Positions 1-10,493 of a DNA stretch of 64,000 bases are shown here, piece after piece. The stretch covers positions 20,462,915-20,526,914 of the forward strand of contig NC_057718.1 in NCBI RefSeq assembly GCF_004010195.1, in the 5' to 3' direction. The notes under the pieces are model-generated. The model made no database searches. It was not told where the DNA came from and saw only the letters and a list, made by a program, of their open reading frames with translations. This stretch comes from Chiloscyllium plagiosum. Lineage: Eukaryota. Position numbers and translations under genes: made by a program. Numbering within the stretch: position 1 is the first letter of the stretch; each line of letters starts with the position of its first letter.

Positions 1-151
1 ACCAAAGACCACTAGGTTCTTAAAACTTTGAAATTTGTCTAATTTTTTTCCCCTTTTAGGCACAATGTTCACACTAAGCAGGTTTCCCTTTTTAACAAAG
101 CAGCAAATTGTCATTGCCAGTTTCCAACTTCAGTTAAACCACAGTAGCACA

Positions 152-655
152 GATGAGGAGTGTGATGGAATGCTCCATATTTGCCAGGTGAATGCAGCTC
201 CAACAACAGTCAAGAGGTTTGACACCATCGGTAAAAAAACAGCACACTGATTAGCACCACATCCAAAAACATCCACTTCCTTCACCACTGATGCTTAGTA
301 GCAGCAGTGTGAATTATCTGCAAGATGCACTGCAGAAATTCACCGAAGCTTCTAAGGCAATACCTACCAAACAAACAACCATTAACATCTAGAAGGACAA
401 TGGCAGCAGATACATGGGTACACCACAACCTCTAAGTGCCCCCAAGCCGCTTACCATCCTGACTTGAAAATATATCACCATTCCTTCACTGTCATTGGGT
501 CAAAATGATCAAACTCCTTCCCTATCAGCATCTATCTCCAACACATGGACTACAGCAGTTCAAGAAAACACCTAACCATGAATTTCTATGGGGCAACTAG
601 GGCCAAGCAATAAAATGCTAGCTCAGCCAGTGCCATCCATGTATCACAAGCAAAT
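152..655 (+). mobile_element. Decayed 3' fragment of an L2/CR1-group LINE (same family recurs at ~28990-29320, ~52245-52720, ~63080-63520)
   Basis: Shares 'gatgaatgcagctccaacaac..caagaggtttgacac' and the '(g)caataaatgct..ccagt..catcc' tail with the other copies in the window; no intact ORF. Confidence 0.6.
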
Positions 656-1153
656 TTTTTAAAAGTTAATATATACAAGAAAAGACTAATTTATGATCAT
701 AGGCAACATGTTACAATCAAGTTTACTTTAAACATTCTAACTGTTTTATGGTGACCACATTCAGTACACTTATATTTTCACTGTTTTTACATTTATATAT
801 ATACTTTTGCACACAGCCGAATATCATAGGGAAAGAAACACATGACACTGTTCCAAACTAATACAATGACAATTAATTTTTTCAGACAAAAACTATAAGG
901 AAAGATAATGGAACAATAGGAAGCCAATTTTAAATAATCAAGTTATATAATATTTCAGTTCTGTTGTAATCTCAAAATGAAGTAATTGATTAATTTCTAT
1001 CACATGTAATGAGATACAGTGAAATGTGTTTTTTTGTGTGCTATACAGGCAGATCATAACATACAAAGTGCAACAGGTTTGCAGAACAGAGTGCAGAATA
1101 CAGTGTTACAACCATAGAGTAAGTGCAGAGAGACAGAGATCAGAATACATTAC

Positions 1154-1322
1154 CTTGGAGGTACTGCAAAAACATCAGGGTGTAAATCAACGATGCCTAG
1201 CTTGTCATCAGTATAGCCCCGCAGAGATTCCAGCCATGCCTGTCTGGGCTTCAGATGTGTAGGAACTGCTATCTCACACCTTCGGAAAACAGGCAATTCA
1301 GATTCAAATGATGGTGGTGGTC
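1154..1322 (-). CDS. mrpl4: Mitochondrial ribosomal protein L4, coding exon 3 (gene continues beyond window start)
   Basis: TTTCAG|...CCAAG|GTAATG, 169 nt, phase 1 to 2; translates (G)[56 protein letters not shown], matching vertebrate MRPL4 (human [40 protein letters not shown]). Confidence 0.95.
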
Positions 1323-2210
1323 CTGAAATATATTAACCAGATTATGAATGCTGTCATTATCAAATAATGAATGAATCTTACTCATCCATGAATACAATGG
1401 TGGCAGTTAAAACAATGCTTTAAAAAGATTCCATTGTCTAGCATCCATTCAAAATGTACATGTAAAAAACATTCTACCTCAGATTGAACACAATGCAAAT
1501 AAAGCTTACTATGCCCTTTAAACTCTGGCTGCAACCGATAACTGACCACTGAACTACTGAAATCAGAATTCCTTAAAAATAAATGTATGGCTCCTGGTTT
1601 TGGTTAGTTTATCTCTTCAATTAGCCAACTTTCTTGGTCCTTTATGATTAATAATTAAAATAATTTCTCCCTCACCTTTTGCTTTCAGGTCTGATTCTTT
1701 TCCTTCATGAATCATAACCTATAAATAAGAGCTGTATTTACACCTTCCTGCTCAATCGAAAACAGGAGTGACAATTAAATTATAGATAGCAAAATATAGT
1801 TTTTAGATGCTAAAACAGTAACTATCAGCAGGAAATATCGTAGGAAATGATCAAAACTATAGGCAGTTAATAACTTGTCTTTACAGAATACTGTAGCAGA
1901 GGATTGCTACAATGGAGGCAGTGTGATAATACAATAATGCACTGTATCGAACTAGGATAGATAGATGCAATGCCATTTCATGACATGTTTTCAACCTTCT
2001 GGCCAACAAATTAAAAGGAGAAACTGGTGTTAGTATCTTTTCTTAGAAACCGAAGGTTAGATAAGGCCTTGTGCTTAAATACAAACAGAAATTGCTGGAA
2101 GAATTTCAGCAGGTCTGACAGCATCTGTGGAGAGAAAGCAGTTAACATTTTGGGTTCTATGTCTCTTCTTCAGAATTCAACTTTTTTTTTTTCTCTTGTG
2201 TTTAAATACT

Positions 2211-2511
2211 TAGAATCATAGAATCCTACAGTATGGAAGCAGGCCAGTCAGCCCATTGAGTCTCACTGACTCTCCAAACAGCATCCTACCCAGACCTAGC
2301 CTTCTACCGAATCCCCGTAAGCCCGCATTTCCCATGGCTAATCCACCTAACCTGCACATCTCTGGAATGTGGGGGGAAACCTAAGAACCTGTTGGAAACC
2401 TATGCAGACACAAAAGAATGTACAAACTTGGCACAGACAGTCACCCAAAGTTGGAATCCAACCCTGGAACTGAGAGGCAACAATGCTAACCACTGAGCCA
2501 TCGTGTCACCC
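2211..2511 (-). mobile_element. tRNA-derived HE1/V-SINE-type SINE
   Basis: Reverse complement gives the 'ggctcagtggttagca..' head, 'tgtctgtg..gtttg.acattc' central domain and a CR1-like tail. Confidence 0.8.
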
Positions 2512-2540
2512 TTTAAACAAAATAATGCTGAATAGCGTAC

Positions 2541-2616
2541 CTTTTTTCTCTATGTCAATGAAGTTTGCTTGGAGATTAGATGGCAATTCATATCCTCCAG
2601 ATAGAGTTGAGACAAA
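2541..2616 (-). CDS. mrpl4: mrpl4 coding exon 2
   Basis: Pyrimidine-rich acceptor TTTCTTTTCTTCTTGAAATAG, donor AAG|GTACGC; 76 nt, phase 0 to 1, FVSTLSGGYELPSNLQANFIDIEKK(G); joins exons 1 and 3 in frame. Confidence 0.85.
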
Positions 2617-3039
2617 CTATTTCAAGAAGAAAAGAAAGCATTTTAATTAAAGCAAAAGTAGCACATAAAATATTGTCCTACTGGGCTCTGGAACATACAA
2701 TTGATTAAAAATGTTTTGTTTCTTTTGGCTCATAAGATGTGAGATAAACAACAGTCAAAACCTGAAACAATGTGACTGTAATTTTATTCATTTTTTTGAT
2801 GCACTTTTCAACAGTTGTACTTCATAGACGTGCATAAAACTAATAAAATATAAGAGATTACCATATTTATCACAAAGAAACATGAAGTCATACAGATTTA
2901 TTTATAAACGTACATGCCCTATTTTAATTGCAACATCTGAAATTATTTTTGCCCTTAATGTATTTGTCGAGTGCCTTTGGATTCTCCTTAACTCTATATG
3001 CCAAGCTACCTCATGTTCTTTTTTTGTTCTACTGATTTC

Positions 3040-3963
3040 ATAAGAGGTACAGTTAGTAAGTTTGCAGATGACACCAAAATTGGAGGTGTAGTGGACAGCG
3101 AAGAGGGTTACCTCAGATTACAACAGGATCTGGACCAGATGGGCCAATGGGCTGAGAAGTGGCAGATGGAGTTTAATTCAGATAAATGCGAGGTGCTGCA
3201 TTTTGGGAAAGCAAATCTTAGCAGGACTTATACACTTAATGGTAAGGTCCTAGGGAGTGTTGCTGAACAAAGAGACCTTGGAGTGCAGGTTCATAGCTCC
3301 TTGAAAGTGGAGTCGTAGGTAGATAGGATAGTGAAGAAGGCGTTTGGTATGCTTTCCTTTATGGGTCAGAGTATTGAGTACAGGAGTTGGGAGGTCACGT
3401 TGCGGCTGTACAGGACATTGGTTAGGCCACTGTTGGAATATTGCATGCAATTCTGGTCTCCTTCCTATCGGAAAGATGTTGTGAGACTTGAAAGGGTTCA
3501 GAAAAGATTTTCAATGATGTTGCCAGGGTTTGAGGATTTGAGCTATAGGGAGAGGCTGAACAGACTGGGGCTGCTTTCCCTGGAGCGTCAGAGGCTGAGG
3601 GGTGACCTTAAAGAGGTTTACAAAATTATGAGGGGCATGGATAGGATAAATAGACAAAGTTTTTTCCCTGGGGTTGAGGAGTCCAGAACTAGAGGGCATA
3701 GGTTTAGAGTGAGAGGGGAAAGATATAGGAGAGACCTATGGGGGAATTTTTTCACGCAGAGGGTAGTACGTGTATGGAATGAGCTGCCAGAGGATGTGGT
3801 GGAGGCTGGTACAATTGCAACATTTAAGAGGCATTTGGATTGGTATATGAATAGGAAGAGTTTGGAGGGATATGGGCCAGATGCTGGCAGGTGGGACTAG
3901 ATTGGGTTGGGATATCTGGTCGGCATGGACAGGTTGGACATGCTGTACATCTCTATGACTCTA
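3040..3963 (+). mobile_element. CR1 LINE 3' fragment (relatively young, RT C-terminus plus tail)
   Basis: ORFs 2998-3318 and 3331-3900 contain SKFADDTKIGG, WQMEFNSDKCEVLHFG, LYRTLVRPLLEYC; ends in a (ctctatga)-type tail. Confidence 0.95.
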
Positions 3964-4344
3964 AGTATACTCCTACTGTCTTTAAGCTCTTCGAGGGATT
4001 CACCCATTCTCTGCTGTCTGTATGATGTGGAGGTGCAGGTGTTGGACTGGGATGACAAAGTTAAAACTCACACAACACCAGGTTATAGTCCAACAGGTTT
4101 ATTTGGAAGTACAAGTTTTTGGAGCGTTGCTTTTTCATCAAGTACCTAGTAGGGCATGATCATAGGACACAGAATTTATAGCAAAAGATCATAATGATAA
4201 CTTAATGCACTAAAGTCTAAGCTAAGAAGTCACTTCTTTCTAATATAATACCTTAAGTTATGCTGGGAACTTCCTGGAAATAAGTTCTGGGACTGAGATA
4301 TTAATAAATCAAAACCTGCAACCCATTCTAAAAGATGGAAGACT

Positions 4345-6650
4345 GTCATTTTTATAAATGACCTGGATGAGGGCGTAGAAGGATGGGTTAGTAAATTTGC
4401 GGATGACACTAAGGTCGGTATAGTGTCGATAGTGCCAAAGGATGTTGTAGGCTACAGAGGGACATAGATAAGCTGCAGAGCTGGGCTGAGAGGTGGCAAA
4501 TGGAGTTTAAAACAGAAAAGTGTGAGGTGATTCACTTTGGAAGGAGTAACAGGAATGCAGAGTATTGGATGAATGTGTAGTTGAGCAGAGCATGTGACCA
4601 TGTACATAGATCCCTCAAAGTTGCCATCCAGGTTGATAGGACTGTTAAGAAGTAATACGGTGTGTTAGCTTTTATTTGTAGAGGGATCGTGTTTTGGAAT
4701 CAGGAGATCATGCCGCAGCTGTACAAAACTCTGGTGCGGCCGCACTTGGAGTATCTGGTCAGAGAGTCATAGAGATGTACAGCTCAGAAACAGAGCCTTC
4801 GGTCCAACTCATCCACGCCGACCAGATATCCCAACCCAATCTAGTCACACCTGCCAGCATCCGGCCCATATCCTTCCAAACCCTTTCTATTCATATACGC
4901 GTCCAGATGCCTCTTAAGTGCTGCAATTGTACTAGCCTCCACCACTTCCTCTGGCAAACCATTCCACACAAGCACCATCCTCTGTGTGAAAAAGTTGCCC
5001 CCTAGGTCTCTTTTATCTCATTTCTGTCTCTACCTAAACCTATGCCCTCTAGTTCTGGACTCCCCCACCTCAGGGAAATGACTTTGTCTATTTACCCTAT
5101 CCATGCCCCTCATGATTTTATAAACATCTATAAGGTCACCCCTCAGCCTCCGACGCTCCAGGGAAAACATCCTTGGCCTATTCAACCTCTCCCTTCAGCT
5201 CAAATCCTCCTATCTTGGTAACACCCTTGTCAATCTTTTCTGAACCCTTATAACTTTCACAACATCCTTCCGATGGAAGGAGACCAGAACTGCATGCAAT
5301 ATTCCAAAAGTGGCCTAACCAATGTCCTGTACAGCCGCAACATGACCTCCCAACTCCTGTACTCAATATTGTGACCCATAAAGGAAAGCATACCAAATGC
5401 CCTCTTCACTATCCTATCTACCTGCGACTCCACTTTCAAGGAGCTATGAACCTGCACTCCAAGGTCTCTTTGTTCAGCAACACTCCCTAGGACCTTAACA
5501 TTAAGTGTATAAGTCCTGCTAAGATTTGCTTTCCCAGCACCTCGCATTTATCAAAATTAAACTCCATCTGCCACTCTTCAGCCCATTGGCTCATCTGATC
5601 AAGATCCCACTGTAATCCAAGTTAACCTTCTTCGCTGTCCACTACACCTCCAATTTTGGTGTCATCTGCAAACTGACTAACTATACCTCTTATGCTCACA
5701 TCCAAATCATTTATATAAATGATGAAAAGTAGTGGACCCAGCATCAATTCTTGAGGCACTCCACTGGTCACAGGGCATCCATCTGAAAAACAACTCTCCA
5801 CCACCAGCTTCTGTCTTCTACCTTTGAGCCAGTTCTGTATCCAAATGGCTAGTTCTCCCTGTATTCTATGAGATCTAACCTTGCTAACCAGTCTCCCATG
5901 GGGAACCTTGTCGAACGCCTTACTGAAGTCCATATAGATCACGTCCATCACTCTGCCTGCAAACCTCTTTGTTATTTCTTCAAAAAATCTCAATCACATT
6001 CATGAGACATAATTTTCCACGTACAAAGCTATGCTGACTATCTCTAATCAGTCCTTGCCTTTCCAAATACATATACATCCTGCCCCTCAGGATTCCCTCC
6101 AACAACTTGCCCACCACCAACATCAGGCTCACTGGTCTGTAGTTCCCAGGCATGTCCTTACCACCTTTCTGTCACTGCATTATAGGAAGGGATCTGGAAG
6201 CTTTAGAAAGGGTTCAGAGGAGATTTACTGACATGTTGCCTGGTATAGAGGGAAAGTCTTATGAGGAAAGGCTGAGAGACTTGAGGCTGTTTTCGTTAAA
6301 GAGGAGGTTGAGAAGCGACTTAATTGAGACACGTATCAGAGGATTCAATCAGGTGGACAGCGAGTCATTTTCCTCAGATGGTGACGGCTAGCACGAGGTG
6401 GCATAGCTTCAAATGGAGGGGTGATAGATATAGGACAGATGTCAGAGGTAATTTATTAATTAAGACAGTGTAGGGGCATGGAACGCACTGTCTGCAACAG
6501 TTGTAGCTTCGCCAACTTTACGTGCATTTAAATGGTCATTGGATAGACATATGGACTAGAATGGAATAGTGTAGGTTAGATTGGCTTCAGATTGGTTTCA
6601 CAGGGCAGCACAACATTGATGGCCGAAGGGTCTGTACTGTAACGTTCTAT
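4345..6650 (+). mobile_element. CR1 fragment (+), split by a second CR1 in opposite orientation
   Basis: INDLDEGVEGWVSKFADDTK at ~4355-4415; reading resumes at ~6170 (LERVQRRFT) and runs to the tail at ~6650. Confidence 0.85.
4761..6168 (-). mobile_element. CR1 fragment nested in the preceding CR1
   Basis: ORFs 5622-5993 (DVIYMDFSKAFDKVPHGRL, SGVPQ, FADDTK) and 5257-5547; tail at ~4761. Confidence 0.92.
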
Positions 6651-7335
6651 TTTCAACTTAACAGCAATCTAGGTTTTTTTCAATAAATTGCATCAGTTGC
6701 ATGACACTATGATCTTTTGCAATAAATTCTGTGTACTATGATCATGCCCCACTAGCTACCTGATGAAGGAGTAGCGCTCTGAAAGTTTGTAGATGCTGCC
6801 TGACCTGCTGTGCTGTTCCAGCAATAAAGTTTCAGCTTTGTACTTCCAAATAAACCTGTAGGACTATAACCTTGTGTAGTGTGATTTTTAACTTTAATCT
6901 TGACACATGCTTCCTTAGTCTAAACCATACCTCAATTTCTCTAGTCATCCAGTATTCCCTATATCTATCAGCCTTGCCCTTCACCCGAAGAGACACATAC
7001 TGCAATAGGATCGTGGCTGATCCAATAGTTTTCCCATCCATTTTCCTGCCCTTTCCCACTAAACTTTGATTTCCCCTACTGAAAGAATCAATCTCAGCCT
7101 TAAATATACAACCAGACTCTGCCCCACGATTCTCTGTGGCAAGGAGTTCCAAAGACCCTCAACTGTCTAAGAAGAAATCCTCCTCATCCTCAGTCTTAAA
7201 TTGACACCTCTTTATTCTGAAACTATGTCCGTAATTGCACTGATTTTTTTTTCACAGTTCTAGTAGTTTTCTTTTCACATGCACGTATTGTGTGTATATA
7301 TCTACGGATTGTATGTCTAACTTTTCCTTCCCCTG

Positions 7336-8472
7336 TCATCCAGACAGACTCCCATAACTACGTGGACTACACCTCCTCCCACCCAGTATCCTGCAAGATC
7401 TCCATCCCATTCTCCCAGTTCCTCCTCCGCGCATCTGTTCGGATGAGGAGACATACCATCGCGAGCATCCCAGATGTCCATCTACTTTGAACAACAAGCT
7501 TTTCCTCCCTCTGTCATCCAGACAGTCCCCCACCGCACCACCTCCATTCCCCATTCCATTGCTCTAAACACCCCACCAACACAATAAAGACAGAGTCCCC
7601 CTTGTCCTCATCTACTACCCCACCAGTCTCCACATCAAATGCATCACCCTTAAACACTTCTGCCAACTCCAACTAGACCCCACCACCAAGAACATCTTCC
7701 ACTCCCCACTCCTCTTGACGTTCCGCAAGGACCGTTCCCTTCAACAGTCCTTGGTTTGAGCCACTCTCCCCACCGATCCCCCCGAACCCATAGTTACCTT
7801 CCCCTTCAACTGGAAAAGATGCAAAACCTGCCGGTACACCACCCCCCTCACCTCCATCATAGGGCCTCAAACAGTCCTTCCAGGTGAGAGTGAGTCATCT
7901 GCCTCTCGTCCAACGTAGTTTATTGCATCAGATGCTCCTGATGTGGTCTTCTCTACATCAGGGAGACTGAACATAAACTTAGGGAACAGTTCACCAGGCC
8001 TGCAAGGGCCAACTGGTCATTGCCAATTTTAATTCCCCTTACCACTCCCTTTCCGACATGACCATCCTTGGCCTCCTCCACTGCCACAAAGAATCACACC
8101 ACAAATTGGAGGAACAACACCTCATCTTCCTCTTGGGCAGCCTACAGCCTGGAGGACTCAATATTGAGTTCTCCAATCTCAAGTAACCTCCCTTCCCATT
8201 CCCAACCCTTTCCCCTCTTCCCTAGCACCAACATGATCATTCCGCCCATTGACCAACCAGGTCGTACCGTCTGCCTGTCTTCACCTATCCCCCCAGTCCA
8301 CGCCGCCCCCTTTATCTGCAGCTTCCCCTGCATCCACCCCAGTCCTGAAGAAGGGCTAACACCCGAAACGTCGACTTCTCCACCTCCTGATGCTACCTGG
8401 CTTGCTGTCTTCTTCCAGCCTCCTGCTTATCTATCTTGGATTCCAGCATCTGCACTTTTTTTTGGTCTCTGA
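7336..8472 (+). mobile_element. Penelope-like element 3' part (RT thumb, GIY-YIG, terminus with hammerhead), decayed
   Basis: TDSHNYVDYTSSHPVSCKISIPFSQFL; GIY-YIG remnant (YIRET) ~7920-7970; same terminus family as the other PLE copies. Confidence 0.85.
8341..8376 (+). ncRNA. Minimal type I hammerhead ribozyme (PLE-associated)
   Basis: AGTC-CTGAAGA-A-GGG(ctaaca)CCC-GAAAC-GTC-GACT: stem I AGTC/GACT, intact core, loopless ACGT stem III. Confidence 0.75.
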
Positions 8473-8479
8473 CATTTCA

Positions 8480-9110
8480 ATAGGCCGCCGTTGCACACCA
8501 TCCAACCAAAGATGGTAAATTGAGAGGTCGACCTATTAAAAACAAAATCACCTAATTGGGTGGGATCTGGTTCATTCATTTTATTTAATGCAAAATACGG
8601 AGTAGGTTAAATGGATGAAGTGTCATTTAAAACAAAGCAGCAACCATTTAGATCTGTTTAAGATACTGCAGGCACGTTGGAGTTGGAATCAGGGGCAGGG
8701 CTGGCCGGGAGCATTCTCCTTACCTTTTTCCCAAAATCCTTGCAACAAACGCGGGTAACCCGTGCGATCATCATCGTCCCATGCGCCAGCCCCTCTCGAT
8801 CTCTTCAATGTCCGTCCATCATGGTGCTCACAAACTGGCCATTTACACCGACCGGAGGACAGCACACTTTCTGGGAGGGGGGGAAGGGAAAGGGCACCAA
8901 ACCTCGCGAGATTGAGTGGACGAAATCCCATGCTGACAAATAGGCTCAGCGGACCAGGTTCTGAAGTCACCGCCGCCATTTTGGTAATGGGCAACACTGG
9001 CGTCACAGCGCTCGAGCAAGGACGACGGTTATGTGGTAGCGCGTGTCTCCTCCCCAAGCCAGATGGCAGCAGTTGCAGGGATCAGGTGAATCGCGGTGAT
9101 CTCTCAGAAT
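8480..9110. promoter_or_regulatory. CpG-island promoter/5' region of mrpl4 with YY1-type motif
   Basis: Sharp local rise in GC and CpG in non-repeat DNA; CCGCCATTTT (YY1 consensus) at 8973-8982; overlaps the first coding exon. Confidence 0.75.
8724..8774 (-). CDS. mrpl4: mrpl4 first coding exon (start of mitochondrial targeting peptide)
   Basis: ATG ATG ATC... = MMIARVTRVCCKDFGKK, basic presequence-like; strong donor AAG|GTAAGG, phase 0; in-frame stop upstream. Confidence 0.8.
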
Positions 9111-9191
9111 AAAGAAAAGGAACTGTGTATAAATTTGAAGACGCTCAGCTGGTTAGAATAGCACTTTTGGACAAAATACTGTACTACAGTT

Positions 9192-9330
9192 AAATAAAAG
9201 CAAATTACTGCGGATGCTGGAATCTGAAACCCTTTGACAAAGGGTCAGTTAGACTCGAAACGTCAGTTCTTTTCTCTCCTTAAGGATGCTGCCACACCTG
9301 CTGAGATTTTCCAGCATTTTCTCTTTTGGT
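9192..9330. mobile_element. Short Penelope-terminus-derived insertion with 15-bp TSD
   Basis: TACTGTACTACAGTT at 9177-9191 and 9331-9345; internal degenerate hammerhead TTGACAA-AGGGTC..GACTC-GAAAC-GTC. Confidence 0.7.
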
Positions 9331-10493
9331 TACTGTACTACAGTTTTCGTGTCGGTGACTTATGATCAGAACTGGAACAGGTTAGCGATTTAACAGAATA
9401 AAAGACAAGCGGTTGTTGAGTTCCAATCCTTGAGCTCCCCTGACGTTTAGAATGAAAATATAAGATGAAATATTAATCTCTTGGAGCAATCCGGTAGTAA
9501 ATTTGTGGGCATTGGAAAATATTTAAGTGAGCATTAATATGATTGGTTTTGGTCAGAAGCAGAACATTCAGCCCATCGTTTCTGTGCCAGTTCCAAACGG
9601 TCGCCCTGTAATCCTGCATTTTTTACTCTTTAGATAATTGTTCGATTCTCTTTTGAAAACCACAAATGAATCGGACACTTATCATTTTCAAGTGCATCTC
9701 AAATCCTAACCACTTACTGCGTAGAAGCATTTTTTCCTCCTGTTACCTTTGCATCATCTTTGCCAGTACCTTATAAAACCTTAAACCTTCGTTTTCAACC
9801 ATTCTGCCAACAGGAACAGTTTAACCCAATTTCTGTTCAGACACTTCATGATTTTGAACACATCAGTCATCGCTTTTCTTAATCTCTATTCTCTTCTAAG
9901 GAGAAGAGTCTGAACTTCTCCAATCTTTCCATGTAAGCGAAGCCTCCTCACTCTTGCAACCGTTCTCATTCTGAATTATGCACATCGTCAATGCCTTTGC
10001 AACTTTGCCTAAAAAGATGATGGTGAAAAGTACATAATATTACAGTTGAAGTTGAACTATGTTTTATAGTGCTTCACAATAAATTTCTTGCTTTTGTTCG
10101 TTCCACCCAGTTTTTGAAGCTAAGGAGTTTGTGTGCTTTATTCACCACTTTCTTGATCTGTTTCCCACAATTTATCCCAACTATGTCCCAGATCCCTTTA
10201 CTCCCTTTGGAAGTGTCCTTTATTTTATGTGACTTCTCCTTGTTCATTCTGCCACACTTTATTAAATTTGATCTGTCATGTTCCGTTAGGCTGCCTATGT
10301 GAATTAGTTATAAAAATATAGAAGTAGGTTAAAAAGGCTATCTGAAAGGATGAGGTGTTTGGAGGCGGGAGGTCATCTGTTGATACTCCGGCAAAATGTC
10401 CATCCAGAGATGGTAACCCTGCTGTGACCAAGTGGAGTGATTAAATGATGGTGCAAGGCAAAAATGGTGGGAATGGGGCATTGAAGAACCAAA

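Larger units (their letters stand above)
4022..6895. mobile_element. Penelope-like element termini in inverted arrangement, interrupted by nested CR1 copies
   Basis: 4059-4192 is the reverse complement of ~6708-6895; decayed hammerhead core CTGATGA-AGGAG..CTCT-GAAAG at 6760-6785. Confidence 0.65.

Noticed and set aside
1510..1718. Selenocysteine read-through: exon 2 + 43-nt exon + a further candidate exon (~1571-1510) stay in frame apart from one TGA
   Set aside because: MRPL4 aligns contiguously from exon 2 to exon 3 without these segments, it is not a known selenoprotein, and no SECIS can be assessed here
8689..9057. 122-aa minus-strand ORF (and overlapping + ORFs) in the CpG island as a protein-coding exon
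   Set aside because: Its frame hits a stop early in exon 2 and resembles no known protein; the MRPL4-compatible frame starts at 8774. Long ORFs are expected in GC-rich DNA.
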